A stretch of DNA of 54,260 nucleotides from Deinococcales bacterium. Its GTDB lineage: Bacteria > Deinococcota > Deinococci > Deinococcales > JAAFIG01. Of this stretch, positions 29,082 to 39,572 are shown in pieces. Below the pieces are notes generated by a model. The model was not told where the DNA came from and searched no databases. It saw only the letters and a list, made by a program, of their open reading frames with translations. The translations under genes and the position numbers were made by a program. The stretch covers positions 1-54,260 of the forward strand of contig JANNVX010000055.1 in NCBI GenBank assembly GCA_031414595.1, in the 5' to 3' direction. Each line of letters starts with the position of its first letter. Position 1 is the first letter of the stretch.

Positions 29082-30109
29082 GCACGAAACGCCTCGACTA
29101 AGCCCAGCAAGTAGGTCATGCCCAACGCTCGGTCAAATAAGCCGTAAGCTGGTCTGCCTTGCTCGTCCCAAATCATTCGCCCGTGGTCGGAGCGAATCGG
29201 TCCTGTAAAGCCAACTTCGACCAATGCCCGCATGACTTGGCGCATATTGACACTGCCGTACTGGGTTGGGTGGGCAACCTCGAGAAAACTCTTGTCGGCA
29301 GTGTGTAAAACGTTTCTGGCATGAACAAAATGAATTCGCTCGCCAAATGCCCGAATAATACTTGGTAAATCGTTGCTTGGGCTGCTGCCAAGCGAGCCAC
29401 TGCAAAAAGTCAAACCATTGTGAATACTCGGCACAGCCTTAAAAATCTGCTCGAGTTGGGCTTTACTACCCACAATCCGTGGCAGCCCAAAAATAGACCA
29501 AGGCGGGTCGTCAGGGTGAATCGCCAGCTTAACGCCAATTTTTTCGGCAACGGGTACGACTTGCTCGAGAAAATAAATCAGGTTCTCGAGCAGTTTTTCT
29601 TCGCTTACGTTTTTGTAATGGGCTAAATTCTGCTCGAGTTCGGCGCGTCCAAAACCTTTTGCCCAACCGGGTAAAGGCGCAGCCCCATCGGATAAATCTA
29701 TCGTATCAAGTTTATCTTGTTCAAAGCTCACGGTGCTGCTACCGTCGGGCAGAATATGGTTAAAGTCGGTGCGAGTCCAATCAAATATCGGCATGAAATT
29801 ATAACAAATCACTTTTACGCCTACATTTGCTGCATTTTCCATACTTTGGATATAGCGCCCAATATGGAAATCGCGCTCGGGCAGCCCAATTTTTATCGGC
29901 TCGGGAATCGGGATGCTTTCGATTACCTCGAGTTTTAATCCGTCGGCTTCGACTTGTTGGCGCAGGGTTTGGAGTTTCTCAACCCCCCAAACTTCGCCCA
30001 GTGGCACATCATATAGCGCTCCAACAATGCCAGTTACACCCGGGACTTGGCGAATGTGGCGCAAGGGAACTTGGTCGGTTGGTCCGTACCAACGCATGGT
30101 CATAATCAT
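29078..30109 (-). CDS. uxuA: Mannonate dehydratase
   Basis: MRWYG, CYNFMPIFDWTRT, AIHPDDPPW, RSDHGR.IW, GLFDRALG. Confidence 0.96.
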   Translation of the reverse strand: MIMTMRWYGPTDQVPLRHIRQVPGVTGIVGALYDVPLGEVWGVEKLQTLRQQVEADGLKLEVIESIPIPEPIKIGLPERDFHIGRYIQSMENAANVGVKVICYNFMPIFDWTRTDFNHILPDGSSTVSFEQDKLDTIDLSDGAAPLPGWAKGFGRAELEQNLAHYKNVSEEKLLENLIYFLEQVVPVAEKIGVKLAIHPDDPPWSIFGLPRIVGSKAQLEQIFKAVPSIHNGLTFCSGSLGSSPSNDLPSIIRAFGERIHFVHARNVLHTADKSFLEVAHPTQYGSVNMRQVMRALVEVGFTGPIRSDHGRMIWDEQGRPAYGLFDRALGMTYLLGLVEAFRA

Positions 30110-30152
30110 GATTTCTCCTGATAAACTCGAGTGAGGGCGGGGAGTTGTGGAT

Positions 30153-30211
30153 GGCTATAAAGCTCTGAGTCTCGAGGTGTGATGAGTAGCCCATAGCTCA
30201 AAGCCCATAGC
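30153..30211. repeat. Heptamer (CATAGC[CT]-type) short tandem repeat cluster
   Basis: CCATAGC TCAAAGC CCATAGC, with degenerate inverted copies upstream; same family as 51184-51264. Confidence 0.5.
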
Positions 30212-31574
30212 TTTTTTTCACTAAATTCTGTGCAAAATCCTCTGCCATTTCAAAAGCATCGGCTTGGTCTATGATGCCGCGCAGGGTTTGTTTAGCCAGC
30301 CAGTTACAAGTGGTGCGTCGCCAGACATCATGGCGGGCTGGAATCGAAGCAAAGGCTCTGGTGTCGTCGTTAAAACCAGCCAGATTTGCCAGCCCCGTGG
30401 TTTCGATAACGCTGTCTAAATAACGCTCGATGCCGTGAACACTGTCCATAAACCACCACGGTGGACCTAAGCGCAGGGCGGGATAATGCCCAACCAGTGG
30501 TGCGAGTTCCCTGGTGTAGCTGCTTTCGTCGAGCGTAAATAAAATCAGTCGCAGACGTGAATCATTGCCGTATTCTTGGAGCAGTGCCTCGAGTCCGTGG
30601 GTCCAATCAACGGCTACTGGAATATCTGCCCCAACATCTGTGCCAAATTGCTGCCATAAAAATCTATTATGATTGCGCCGACTACCCGCGTGTAACTGCA
30701 TCACCAAGCCGTCCTCAACCGACATCTGGGCAAACTCGAGCAGCATATGGGCGGTGAAACGGGCGGAGTCTTTTTTGGTGGATTTTTTTTCTAAGGCTCG
30801 AGTAAAAATATCTTGGGTTTCTGAGTCAGATAATCTTTGGGTGTGCGGGTATTTTACGCCGTGGTCGGTGGCGGTTGCGCCTGCTTCTTTGAAGTGTATT
30901 CGGCGCAATTTAAGGGCAGCGATAAAACTTTTGTAGTCGTCAATGGTTTGGGTCAGTGACTCGAGTTTCTGGATTTCCCCCAGCCAGTCTGTAGCCGTTA
31001 AATCAAGTAATTTATCGGGTCTAAAGGTCGGTCGGACATCAAAACCAGCTTGTTGCAATTTCAGATGCGGCTCGAGTGATGCTGTGGCAGCATCGGTGGT
31101 ACAGAGTGTGGCAATGTTAAAGCGCTTAAACAAGGCTTGGGGTAAAAATTCGGGTTGCTCGAGCAAGTTGCTGAGTTGATCAAAAAGCCTGTCAGCGTTA
31201 TCGGCATTAGGTTTTTCACTGATGCCAAAAACACTGCACAGTTCGTCACGCAACCATAAACCAGTTGGTGTACCGCGAAATAAATGAAAATGGCTACAGA
31301 ATATCCGCCAGACTTCGCGGTGGTTGGGGTTGGACTTGATTTGCTCGAGCGGCACACCTTGCGAGTACAACATCCGAAAGACATAATGGTCTGGAATCAC
31401 CAACAGTTCGGCAGGGCTGCCAAAAGGCTGGTTATTGGCTAACGAGACCACATCCACATGACCGTGCGGACAAATAAGCGGTAGGCTCGAGACCGATTGA
31501 TACAATTGCCTTGCTAAAGCCCGTTGGCTTGGCTCTGGGTCAAAACAGCGGTCTGGATTCATCACGCTGTTCAT
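30198..31574 (-). CDS. uxaC: Glucuronate (uronate) isomerase
   Basis: PHGHVD, PDHYVFRMLYSQG, GPPWWF.DS, GFNDDTRAF.SIPARHD. Confidence 0.96.
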   Translation of the reverse strand: MNSVMNPDRCFDPEPSQRALARQLYQSVSSLPLICPHGHVDVVSLANNQPFGSPAELLVIPDHYVFRMLYSQGVPLEQIKSNPNHREVWRIFCSHFHLFRGTPTGLWLRDELCSVFGISEKPNADNADRLFDQLSNLLEQPEFLPQALFKRFNIATLCTTDAATASLEPHLKLQQAGFDVRPTFRPDKLLDLTATDWLGEIQKLESLTQTIDDYKSFIAALKLRRIHFKEAGATATDHGVKYPHTQRLSDSETQDIFTRALEKKSTKKDSARFTAHMLLEFAQMSVEDGLVMQLHAGSRRNHNRFLWQQFGTDVGADIPVAVDWTHGLEALLQEYGNDSRLRLILFTLDESSYTRELAPLVGHYPALRLGPPWWFMDSVHGIERYLDSVIETTGLANLAGFNDDTRAFASIPARHDVWRRTTCNWLAKQTLRGIIDQADAFEMAEDFAQNLVKKSYGL

Positions 31575-32377
31575 ACGCCGGTAAACGCTCCAAAACCGCC
31601 ATCTACGCTAATAATCGTGCCGGTCACAAATTTGGACTCACTCGAGACCAACCATAAGAGGGCGCTTTCTAAATCCTCTGGGTTGCCAAATCTGCCTTGT
31701 GGGGTGTGATTTAAGATGCTCTGGGCGCGTTCGGTACTGCTGCCGTCGGGATTAAAAAGCAGATATTTATTTTGTTCGGTGGAAAAAAACCCCGGGGCGA
31801 TGGCATTAACCCGCACCCCAGCCCCGTACTCGAGGGCGAGGTGGGTGGCTAACCACTTGGTAAAGTTTTCAACCGCAGCTTTGGCGGCGGCATAACTGGC
31901 AACTCTGGTCATTGGGCGTTCGGCTGCCATCGAGGAGATGTTGATGATGCTACCAAGTTTGGCTTCGGCAATATCCTTGCCAAAGACCTGACTAGCCAAG
32001 ACCGTGCCATGAAAATTGAGGTTCATTACATACTGCACAGCTTCCATGTCTATTTCAAAAAAGGTTTGGTCAGGGGCGCTGCTGGCACTCGGGCGGTTGC
32101 CACCAGCCCCATTGACCAGAATACTGATTTTGCCTAAATCGTTGTGAATCGCGGCTTTGGTGGTCTCGAGCGAATCGCGGTCAAGCACATTGGCGGCATA
32201 GGGGTAAACCGTGTAGCCCTGCTCGAGTAGGCAGGCGGCGGCAGCCTTGGCACTTGGCAGGCTGCTGCCAAGCAGCGCAACTTTAGCTCCGACTCGAGCC
32301 AGCGCGGCACAAAAATGCTTGCCGAGTACGCCACTGCCACCTGTTACCACTGCGATTTCTTGACTTAAATCGGTCAT
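31571..32377 (-). CDS. SDR-type D-mannonate oxidoreductase (UxuB-like)
   Basis: TGGSGVLG, NGAGGN.P, Y.AAKAA..NFT.WLA, APGFF; lies next to uxaC. Start placed at ATG 32377. Confidence 0.85.
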   Translation of the reverse strand: MTDLSQEIAVVTGGSGVLGKHFCAALARVGAKVALLGSSLPSAKAAAACLLEQGYTVYPYAANVLDRDSLETTKAAIHNDLGKISILVNGAGGNRPSASSAPDQTFFEIDMEAVQYVMNLNFHGTVLASQVFGKDIAEAKLGSIINISSMAAERPMTRVASYAAAKAAVENFTKWLATHLALEYGAGVRVNAIAPGFFSTEQNKYLLFNPDGSSTERAQSILNHTPQGRFGNPEDLESALLWLVSSESKFVTGTIISVDGGFGAFTGV

Positions 32378-32391
32378 GCCTTGATTCCCCT

Positions 32392-33378
32392 TTATTTTTC
32401 TTCTATTCGAGTCGAAGCCCTGATACAAAGTTTTGCACGTAACACCAGGCTTGGCTCGAGAATTGTTAAGCCTTCGAGTCTTTGCATCAATAGTCTGGCG
32501 GCGATTTTGCCAATTTCTAAACTAGGAACGGTGGCTGTAGTTAGGGGCGGCGATACCAAGGCGGCAAATGGAATATCGCCAATCCCCGCCACCGCCACAT
32601 CTTCGGGAATACGGACACTTAAATCCCGTGCCACTTTCATTAAACCCATTGCCGCAAGGTCGTTGTACGCCAGAATTCCATCGGGGCGATTTGCGCCCAT
32701 AAGTAATGTTCCAGCCAGACTTTCGCCACCTTCTATATTGGGCGAAGGTAACTGATAAATCATGCTTGGTAAGCCAGCCTCGAGCAGCGCATCCAAATAA
32801 CCACGTTGGCGCTCGGAATTAACCCAGAAGGCTGGACCTGCCAAGAAAGCAATCTGTTTGCGTCCAGTCGTGATTAAATGCCGTGTCAGCTGGAATGCAA
32901 TCTCGTACTCATTTGAAACCACACTCATGACTTGCCCGCCAGGGAAACGTCCGATAGTCACAATTGGTTTTTGCAGTGCCAAAGCGCGAATATCGGTATC
33001 GGATAACCTCGAGCCAGCCAGTACCAAACCGTCTACTCGAGCCGCAAGGGTCTCTATTAAATCGCGTTCACGATTAGGGCGCTCTTCGGCATCGGCAAGC
33101 AGCACCGTATGGTTTTTTGCGTCGGCTTCGTGGCTAATACCTTTGACCACGGCGGCATAATATGGGTTAGCAATATCTAAAATAACCACGCCAAGTGCAT
33201 GGGTTTTACCTGTGCTGACCGAACGAGCATGAGGGTTCGGCTTAAATTCGAGTTTTTCTACCGCACTTTTGACCCGCAGTTCAACGGCTGTTGAAAAGCG
33301 TTTGGTGTTATTGATGATTTTAGAAACTGTTGAAACCGAAACTTCGGCTTCTCGAGCCACATCTTTAATCGTAATCAT
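32392..33378 (-). CDS. LacI-family transcriptional regulator
   Basis: TIKDVAREAEVSVSTVS HTH, IPEDVAVAG..D, PPLTT. Start placed at ATG 33378 with GAGGTAGG RBS. Confidence 0.93.
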   Translation of the reverse strand: MITIKDVAREAEVSVSTVSKIINNTKRFSTAVELRVKSAVEKLEFKPNPHARSVSTGKTHALGVVILDIANPYYAAVVKGISHEADAKNHTVLLADAEERPNRERDLIETLAARVDGLVLAGSRLSDTDIRALALQKPIVTIGRFPGGQVMSVVSNEYEIAFQLTRHLITTGRKQIAFLAGPAFWVNSERQRGYLDALLEAGLPSMIYQLPSPNIEGGESLAGTLLMGANRPDGILAYNDLAAMGLMKVARDLSVRIPEDVAVAGIGDIPFAALVSPPLTTATVPSLEIGKIAARLLMQRLEGLTILEPSLVLRAKLCIRASTRIEEK

Positions 33379-33629
33379 GCCTACCTCAGTGTATAACAAC
33401 CGCCAAGCAGATGAAGTCATGGGGAAAAACAGAAAACCGTTTTTCTTTTTCAAACTATAACAGTCTCGAGTCTAACTGTAAAGACTTTCGCAATCAGCAA
33501 CTCGAACAAGATATATCTAGGTTTTGAATAAATAGCTTTTAGAACGTACAATTTATGCAAATAATGCTTGGCTTAAACCAGTCCACACAAAATACCCAGC
33601 CAAAAGACCGCAAAAATGTAATCTAGCAA

Positions 33630-33658
33630 TTGACACCCAAACAAGCCAGTGCTATATT
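33630..33658 (+). promoter_or_regulatory. Sigma70 promoter of the oligosaccharide ABC operon
   Basis: TTGACA-N17-TATATT with an extended TG. Confidence 0.7.
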
Positions 33659-33730
33659 CATTCATGAAACCACTTTCCCAAATTTTTATCTATTTACCAT
33701 TGTCAGGCGTGTAGCAATTTCGAGGAGCTT

Positions 33731-34681
33731 TTGATGTTGACCCCAACTGCATTACCAACAGCAAAAAAATCAGTCGTCTCGAGTCTGGTCTATGCCATCT
33801 GGCAGCACCGTACCTTGTACCTGATGCTGTTTCCGGGTCTGCTGTATTTTATTGTTTTTCGTTACGGACCACTGTGGTACACGCAAATTGCTTTTAAGGA
33901 TTTCAGTCCTATCCTTGGGGTTGAAGGCAGCCCGTGGGTTGGTTTTAAGTATATTCTCGAGTTTTTTAATTCCTATTATTTCTCGCAACTGATGACCAAT
34001 ACCCTAATTATCAGTCTGGCAAAACTGATTTTTGGTTTACCATTAGCGATTATTCTAGCCATTGCTTTGGCAGAAACACGTTTGCGGTTTTTGCGAAGCT
34101 CGGTACAAACCATTACTTATTTGCCGCACTTTTTATCATGGATTGTGATGGCTGGTATCTTGCTGGCACTTTTTTCGCCGTCCGAAGGCTTGGTCAATAA
34201 AGGCATGGGCTTAGTCGGTCAAGACCCAATCGCTTTTTTAACCGACCCACGTTATTTTGTGGCTATTTTGGTTGGCTCAGATGTCTGGAAAGAAACAGGC
34301 TGGAGCGCAATTTTGTACTTAGCTGCTTTAATGTCGATAGACCCATCCTTATACGAAGCCGCCGCCATGGATGGCGCAACCCGTTGGCAACGTATTTGGC
34401 ATATTTCGCTACCTGGAATGCTGAATGTGATTGTCTTGGTTACACTACTGCGTTTGGGCGGAATTTTAGATGCTGGCTTTACTCAAGTTTTCGCGCTTTA
34501 TTCGCTGCCTGTCTACAGCGTTTCAGACATTATAGACACATGGGTTTACCGCCAAGGGATTCAAAATTTCCAACTTTCGGTGGCGGCGGCAGTCGGCTTA
34601 TTTAAGGGCGTAATTGGTTTAATTTTGGTTGTGGTAGCAAACCGCATTGCCCGTAAAGTGGCTGGAACAGGGTTGTACTAA
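33731..34681 (+). CDS. Carbohydrate ABC permease (LplB/YteP-like)
   Basis: SPWVG, YLPHFLSW, WKETGW..ILYLAAL..ID..LYEAA.MDGA. Confidence 0.92.
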   Translation: MMLTPTALPTAKKSVVSSLVYAIWQHRTLYLMLFPGLLYFIVFRYGPLWYTQIAFKDFSPILGVEGSPWVGFKYILEFFNSYYFSQLMTNTLIISLAKLIFGLPLAIILAIALAETRLRFLRSSVQTITYLPHFLSWIVMAGILLALFSPSEGLVNKGMGLVGQDPIAFLTDPRYFVAILVGSDVWKETGWSAILYLAALMSIDPSLYEAAAMDGATRWQRIWHISLPGMLNVIVLVTLLRLGGILDAGFTQVFALYSLPVYSVSDIIDTWVYRQGIQNFQLSVAAAVGLFKGVIGLILVVVANRIARKVAGTGLY

Positions 34682-34711
34682 GTTTTTTACTCGAGAAGAA
34701 GGAGGTGTAAA

Positions 34712-35575
34712 ATGGTCAAATCATTTGGGTCTCGGGGTGATAAAGTCTTTGATTTTGGACTGAATTTCTTTTTAATCTTGGTTTTAATCGTCACAATTGT
34801 GCCGTTAAGTTATGTGGTGATTGTTTCGGTCGCTCCTTTGGTGTTGCCCAATCAGCCGCGTTCACTGCTTTCTTTTGCGGCTTACGGCGAATTATTGGCT
34901 CAGCCAAGTTTCCTTAGAGCCGCTTTTAACAGTCTTGTTCTTTTGGTTGGTGGCGTGACCCTGAATATGGTTTTAACCACCCTCAGTGCTTTTGCGCTCT
35001 CGAGGAAATCCTTACCCGGACGTGGCGTTATTCTGGCATTTATTCTGTTTACATTTTTATTCAATGCTGGGTTAATTCCGCAGTTTTTGCTGATTAAAAA
35101 TCTTGGCTTACTCGATTCTCTGCCAAGCGTGGTGCTTCCTGGTGCAATCAGTGTCTACAACTTACTGATTATGATTGCCTTTTTGCAAAACCTGCCAGAA
35201 AGCCTCGGCGAAGCAGCCCGCATAGACGGAGCTTCTGAGTTCCAAGTGCTTTGGTACGTGATGCTGCCGCTTTCTAAACCAATCCTTTTAACTGTTGGAC
35301 TTTTTTATGCGGTCAATAACTGGAATGAGTTTTTCTTGCCGATTTTATTCTTATCCGACCGCGACCTGATGCCTTTACCCGTTGTGTTGCGCGATATTTT
35401 ATCGTCACTCAATTCTGCCGAGTACGTGGACGGCAACCGTCAAGCCAGTATCTCCTCGCCTGAAGCCCTAAAAATGGCGGCGGTGGTACTAACCACCCTG
35501 CCAATGTTGATGGTCTATCCGTGGATTCAAAGCCATTTTACCAAAGGTGTGCTGCTTGGAGGGGTTAAAGAATGA
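34712..35575 (+). CDS. Carbohydrate ABC permease (LplC/YtcP-like)
   Basis: FNAGLIP, EAARIDGAS, LFYAV.NWN, YPWIQ.HFTKGV..GGVKE. Confidence 0.92.
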   Translation: MVKSFGSRGDKVFDFGLNFFLILVLIVTIVPLSYVVIVSVAPLVLPNQPRSLLSFAAYGELLAQPSFLRAAFNSLVLLVGGVTLNMVLTTLSAFALSRKSLPGRGVILAFILFTFLFNAGLIPQFLLIKNLGLLDSLPSVVLPGAISVYNLLIMIAFLQNLPESLGEAARIDGASEFQVLWYVMLPLSKPILLTVGLFYAVNNWNEFFLPILFLSDRDLMPLPVVLRDILSSLNSAEYVDGNRQASISSPEALKMAAVVLTTLPMLMVYPWIQSHFTKGVLLGGVKE

Positions 35576-35704
35576 TTTTTCTTCTCGAGCCAAAAAAATA
35601 CACTTCTCGAGCTACTTTGATGACCGAACGGGGGTTTGGATGAAATGAAAGTTTTTGCAACGAATTGGCAAATTTAGAAAAACGCATCACCCAAGGAGTA
35701 GATT

Positions 35705-37261
35705 ATGAAACGTTCAAGTAAAAAAGCAGTTTTTGTCAGTGCCATCACGGCTTGTTTAGCCCTGAGTGGCTTAGCACTCTATAGCTCAGCACAAAACGCC
35801 GTGACCGATTTAACCGTCTGGTTGCCAGCCGGTTCGCCAGAAGCTGGTCCGCCACCCGCCGACTGGGAAGTCTATAAAATTGTCCGCGAGAAGCTGAACA
35901 TCAATCTAAAACTGGTGGTTGCCCCAATTGGTTCAGAAGGCGAGACCAAACTTGGTGCATTAGCCGCCGCCAACGACTTACCAGATTTATTTGAGATGCG
36001 TAACCGCAACCAGTTCTTTCAATTTGCTGCCCAGAAGCTCTTGGGTAACGCCAAATCAACCCTTAAATTTATGCCATTACGCACTTTAGAGCGTTATAAA
36101 AACGACGACCTGAATTTATTGGCAACGGTGGATGGCACAATGGTTGGCTTACAAGAACCTCAACTGCTCTACAAGCGTACATCGCTTTTAATTCGTCAGG
36201 ACTGGTTGGATAAACTTGGACTGAAAACCCCAACTACCCTAAACGAATTCATGACTGTCGCCAAAGCCTTCACCGAAAAAGACCCTGATGGCAACGGTAA
36301 AAACGATACTTACGGCTGGGGTATTAACTCCGACTGGACACCAGGCGGATTCGATGTGATTTACGGAGCTTACGGCGTTCAAGGCAACTGGAATTTAAGC
36401 AGCGCCACTAACTTTAAGCTTAATGCTCGAGAAGCCAATTACCGCAAAGCCACTGAGGTTGCTAACAGTTTCATTGATGCCAAAGTTGTAGACCCAGATT
36501 GGGCAACCCTAAAAACCAATGATTTCCGCAACCGTTGGAAGCAAGGCAAGTACGGAATTTTTGCCGAGGATTTCTGTGCCGCGATGTGCAGCTTTAACTA
36601 CGCCCCATTTGATGCCAGTAACCCAACAGGCGCACTAAAAACCTTGCAACCACCCGTCGGACCAGATGGCAAATCCTCGAGTGGTACTTTTGCGGCGGCG
36701 GGTACACTCTTAACTGCCTCGAAAAAAGCGATTGATGCTGGCAAGGGTCAAGCTATTGCTAGGTTGCTCGAGTGGGCAAATAGCGGCGAAGGGTATTACG
36801 CCTTAGCCTTTGGCAAAAAAGGCATCAATTACAACTTTGATAAGAACGCGATTATCACACTGGCTGGGATTGAACCCGCCAATGCCTATAACACGGCAGG
36901 CTTCGCAAAATTCACGCAAATGCGTAACCTTGCCTTAAATGGTCGTCCGCGTGAATTGGCTGCCCGTTACCCAATTTTCAAGACCAGCAACGGACGCACC
37001 ATCACCCCAATGGATTTCTACCGTGCTTCGTTTGCCACACCGCACACCAACATCATCAGCACTTTCTTGATTAAACCAGCCAGCAACCAAGCCGATTTAG
37101 ACAGGTACATCAACGAGAACCGTATTCAATTCCAACTTGGTCAAAAACCAATCAACGACACCACTTGGAATCAATTTGTAAACGGCTTAAATAGCCTTCG
37201 TGCCAACGAATACGAAGCTACCGCCAAGCAAACCCTGATTACGGCTGGATTTTTGAAGTAA
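35705..37261 (+). CDS. Carbohydrate ABC substrate-binding protein (LplA-like)
   Basis: Signal peptide; IRQDWLDKLGLKTPTT..EF..VAKAF..KDPDGNGKNDTYG. Confidence 0.9.
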   Translation: MKRSSKKAVFVSAITACLALSGLALYSSAQNAVTDLTVWLPAGSPEAGPPPADWEVYKIVREKLNINLKLVVAPIGSEGETKLGALAAANDLPDLFEMRNRNQFFQFAAQKLLGNAKSTLKFMPLRTLERYKNDDLNLLATVDGTMVGLQEPQLLYKRTSLLIRQDWLDKLGLKTPTTLNEFMTVAKAFTEKDPDGNGKNDTYGWGINSDWTPGGFDVIYGAYGVQGNWNLSSATNFKLNAREANYRKATEVANSFIDAKVVDPDWATLKTNDFRNRWKQGKYGIFAEDFCAAMCSFNYAPFDASNPTGALKTLQPPVGPDGKSSSGTFAAAGTLLTASKKAIDAGKGQAIARLLEWANSGEGYYALAFGKKGINYNFDKNAIITLAGIEPANAYNTAGFAKFTQMRNLALNGRPRELAARYPIFKTSNGRTITPMDFYRASFATPHTNIISTFLIKPASNQADLDRYINENRIQFQLGQKPINDTTWNQFVNGLNSLRANEYEATAKQTLITAGFLK

Positions 37262-37279
37262 ACCACAATCTCGAGTCCT

Positions 37280-37308
37280 GGGGGGCATCTATTGCCCCCT
37301 ATTTTTTT
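37280..37308 (+). terminator. Intrinsic terminator-like hairpin after the binding-protein gene
   Basis: GGGGGGCA-TCTAT-TGCCCCCT followed by a T-tract. Confidence 0.6.
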
Positions 37309-37322
37309 CTAGGAGTTAGACA

Positions 37323-38372
37323 ATGAATGCCCCTGTTCGTTTTGCAGTTATTAACATCAATCACGGTCATATTTACGGGCAGGTGGCGCATCTTGTCAAT
37401 GCAGGTGCAGAATTTGTGGCGTTTTATGCGCCCGAGCTAGAGCTTGCAACCGCCTTTGCCGCCCGTTATCCCAATGTGCGCCAAGCAGTTTCCGAAATCG
37501 AATTACTCGAGGACCAAACCGTTGATTTAATTATCACTTCGGGAATCCCCAGCACTCGAGCCGCCTTGGGTATCAAAGCTATGCGGCACGGCAAAGACTT
37601 TATGACTGATAAGCCCGGGTTTACAACTTTAGAGCAACTCGAGGAGGTGCGAAAAGTCCAAGCCCAGACCAAGCGGATTTATTCGGTCTGTTACTCGGAG
37701 CATTTTGAAGTGGCGAGCGTCATTAAAGCTGGCGAATTGGTGGCGGCTGGGGCAATCGGACGGGTTGTACAAACCCTTGGAATCGGTCCACATAAAACCA
37801 ATTTAGCCACTCGTGCGCCGTGGTTTTTTGAAAAAAGACATTATGGCGGAATTTTAGCCGATATTGGCTCGCACCAAGCCGAGCAGTACCTGTTTTTTAC
37901 AGGGGCAACCAATGCCGAAGTGGTTTCGGCGCAAGTTGCTAACTATAAGCACCCAGAGTACCCGCAACTTGAAGATTTTGGTGAGGTTTCATGGCGTGGT
38001 ACAAACCAAAGCGGCGAAACAAGCCATGCCTATGTGCGCCTTGATTGGTACACCCCAGATGGACTTGGGGTCTGGGGTGATGGGCGCTTGGTGGTTCTCG
38101 GCACAGAAGGTTACATCGAACTACGAAAATATGTAGACCCAGCCGGGCGTGAAGGCGGCGAACACCTGATTTTGGTAGACCACAAGGGGATGCAGTATAT
38201 TTCCTGTATTGGTGGCGATTTACCGTATGGGCGCGAGCTTGTCTACGACATTCTGCACCGCACCGAAACCCATATGCCACAATGGAGGTGCTTTTTGGCT
38301 GCCCAGATTTCGCTCGAGGCAGAAGAAGTCGCCATTCGCTTAGGCAACCTCGAGAAGGTAGGTAATTCATGA
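37323..38372 (+). CDS. Gfo/Idh/MocA oxidoreductase (YteT-like)
   Basis: HGHIY, DKPG.TT, YGGILADIGSHQ, DWYTPDGL..WGDGR. Confidence 0.9.
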   Translation: MNAPVRFAVININHGHIYGQVAHLVNAGAEFVAFYAPELELATAFAARYPNVRQAVSEIELLEDQTVDLIITSGIPSTRAALGIKAMRHGKDFMTDKPGFTTLEQLEEVRKVQAQTKRIYSVCYSEHFEVASVIKAGELVAAGAIGRVVQTLGIGPHKTNLATRAPWFFEKRHYGGILADIGSHQAEQYLFFTGATNAEVVSAQVANYKHPEYPQLEDFGEVSWRGTNQSGETSHAYVRLDWYTPDGLGVWGDGRLVVLGTEGYIELRKYVDPAGREGGEHLILVDHKGMQYISCIGGDLPYGRELVYDILHRTETHMPQWRCFLAAQISLEAEEVAIRLGNLEKVGNS

Positions 38373-39487
38373 CCCAGCATTTAGATGCCCATAACACCAG
38401 CCAAGTTCTGCACTTACAAAAACCCCAAAAACGCCTCAAGGTTGCAGTTATTGGTTGTGGCGTTGGTCGCGCTCATGCCCTAGCCTATAAAGCCCTACCA
38501 GACCATTTTGAAATTATCAGTATCTGCGATTTGGATACCAAAAAAGCCGAAGCGCTGGCACTCGAGGTTGGGGCGCTTGGCTTTACTGGCGATTACACGG
38601 CGCTGCTCGAGCATCCAGAACTTGATGTGGTGGATATTTGCACCCCGCCACACCTGCACGTTCCGATGGTGATACAAGCCATTCAAGCAGGCAAAGACGC
38701 GATTTGCGAAAAACCAATTGCGGCTTCGTTATCAGACGTGGACAAGTTAATCGCCCTCGAGAAGAGCAGCCCTAAGCGGATTATGCCAATTTTTCAATAC
38801 CGCTTTGGCAATGGACTACAAAAACTCGAGTACCTGAAGAGTCTTAATTTACTCGGTACGGCTCATATTGCGACAGTCGAAACCCATTGGCGGCGTGGTG
38901 CTTGGTATTACGAACCTGAGTGGCGCGGAAAATGGGCGACCGAACTTGGTGGCGGACTGCTTGGACACGCGATTCATGCCCACGATATGCTGACTAAAAT
39001 TTTTGGACAAGTCAAAACGGTCTATGCCAAAGTTGCCACTCGAGTCAACCCAATCGAAGTTGAAGATTGCGCGGCGGTGACCCTTGAAATGCACGATGGT
39101 TCGCTGGTCAGTTTATCCATGACCCTTGGCTCGAGTGCTGAAATCAGTCGGCATAGATTTGTGTTTTCTAACCTAACCGCCGAGAGCAACACCCGCCCGT
39201 ACACCAGTTCTGCCGACCCGTGGATTTTTACAGGCGACAGTCCAGACATTCAAAACAACATCAACACTGCCCTCGAGAATTTTATCGAACAACCCGACGG
39301 CTACACAGGGCAATTTCTGCGTTTTCATCAAGCCCTTGAGAATAATTCTGAGCTGCCCGTGACTTTGCAAGATGCCCGCGATTCACTCGAGCTTGTCAGT
39401 GCCATGTACCGCAGTGCCAGAACAGGTTTAGAGGTGAAATTGCCGATTCTCGAGACTGATGCGGATTACAAGAGTTGGTTGCCTTAG
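38369..39487 (+). CDS. Gfo/Idh/MocA oxidoreductase
   Basis: VIGCGVG, CTPPHLH, CEKP, WRGKWATELGG.L..HAIH. Confidence 0.92.
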   Translation: MTQHLDAHNTSQVLHLQKPQKRLKVAVIGCGVGRAHALAYKALPDHFEIISICDLDTKKAEALALEVGALGFTGDYTALLEHPELDVVDICTPPHLHVPMVIQAIQAGKDAICEKPIAASLSDVDKLIALEKSSPKRIMPIFQYRFGNGLQKLEYLKSLNLLGTAHIATVETHWRRGAWYYEPEWRGKWATELGGGLLGHAIHAHDMLTKIFGQVKTVYAKVATRVNPIEVEDCAAVTLEMHDGSLVSLSMTLGSSAEISRHRFVFSNLTAESNTRPYTSSADPWIFTGDSPDIQNNINTALENFIEQPDGYTGQFLRFHQALENNSELPVTLQDARDSLELVSAMYRSARTGLEVKLPILETDADYKSWLP

Positions 39488-39528
39488 AATATGAACCTGA
39501 ATGATGCTCGTCAAAACCCGCCGCGTCT

Positions 39529-39572
39529 CGCGATGCCCTGACACACGTCTCGAGGTGTGTCAGGGCATCGCG
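39529..39572. repeat. Perfect 18-bp inverted repeat with CTCGAG in the loop (REP-like or terminator)
   Basis: CGCGATGCCCTGACACAC-GTCTCGAG-GTGTGTCAGGGCATCGCG. Confidence 0.75.

Noticed and set aside
33553-33569. TTATGCAAATAATGCTT, a partial RDRM look-alike
   Set aside because: The right half-site does not match, and the context is a sugar operon.
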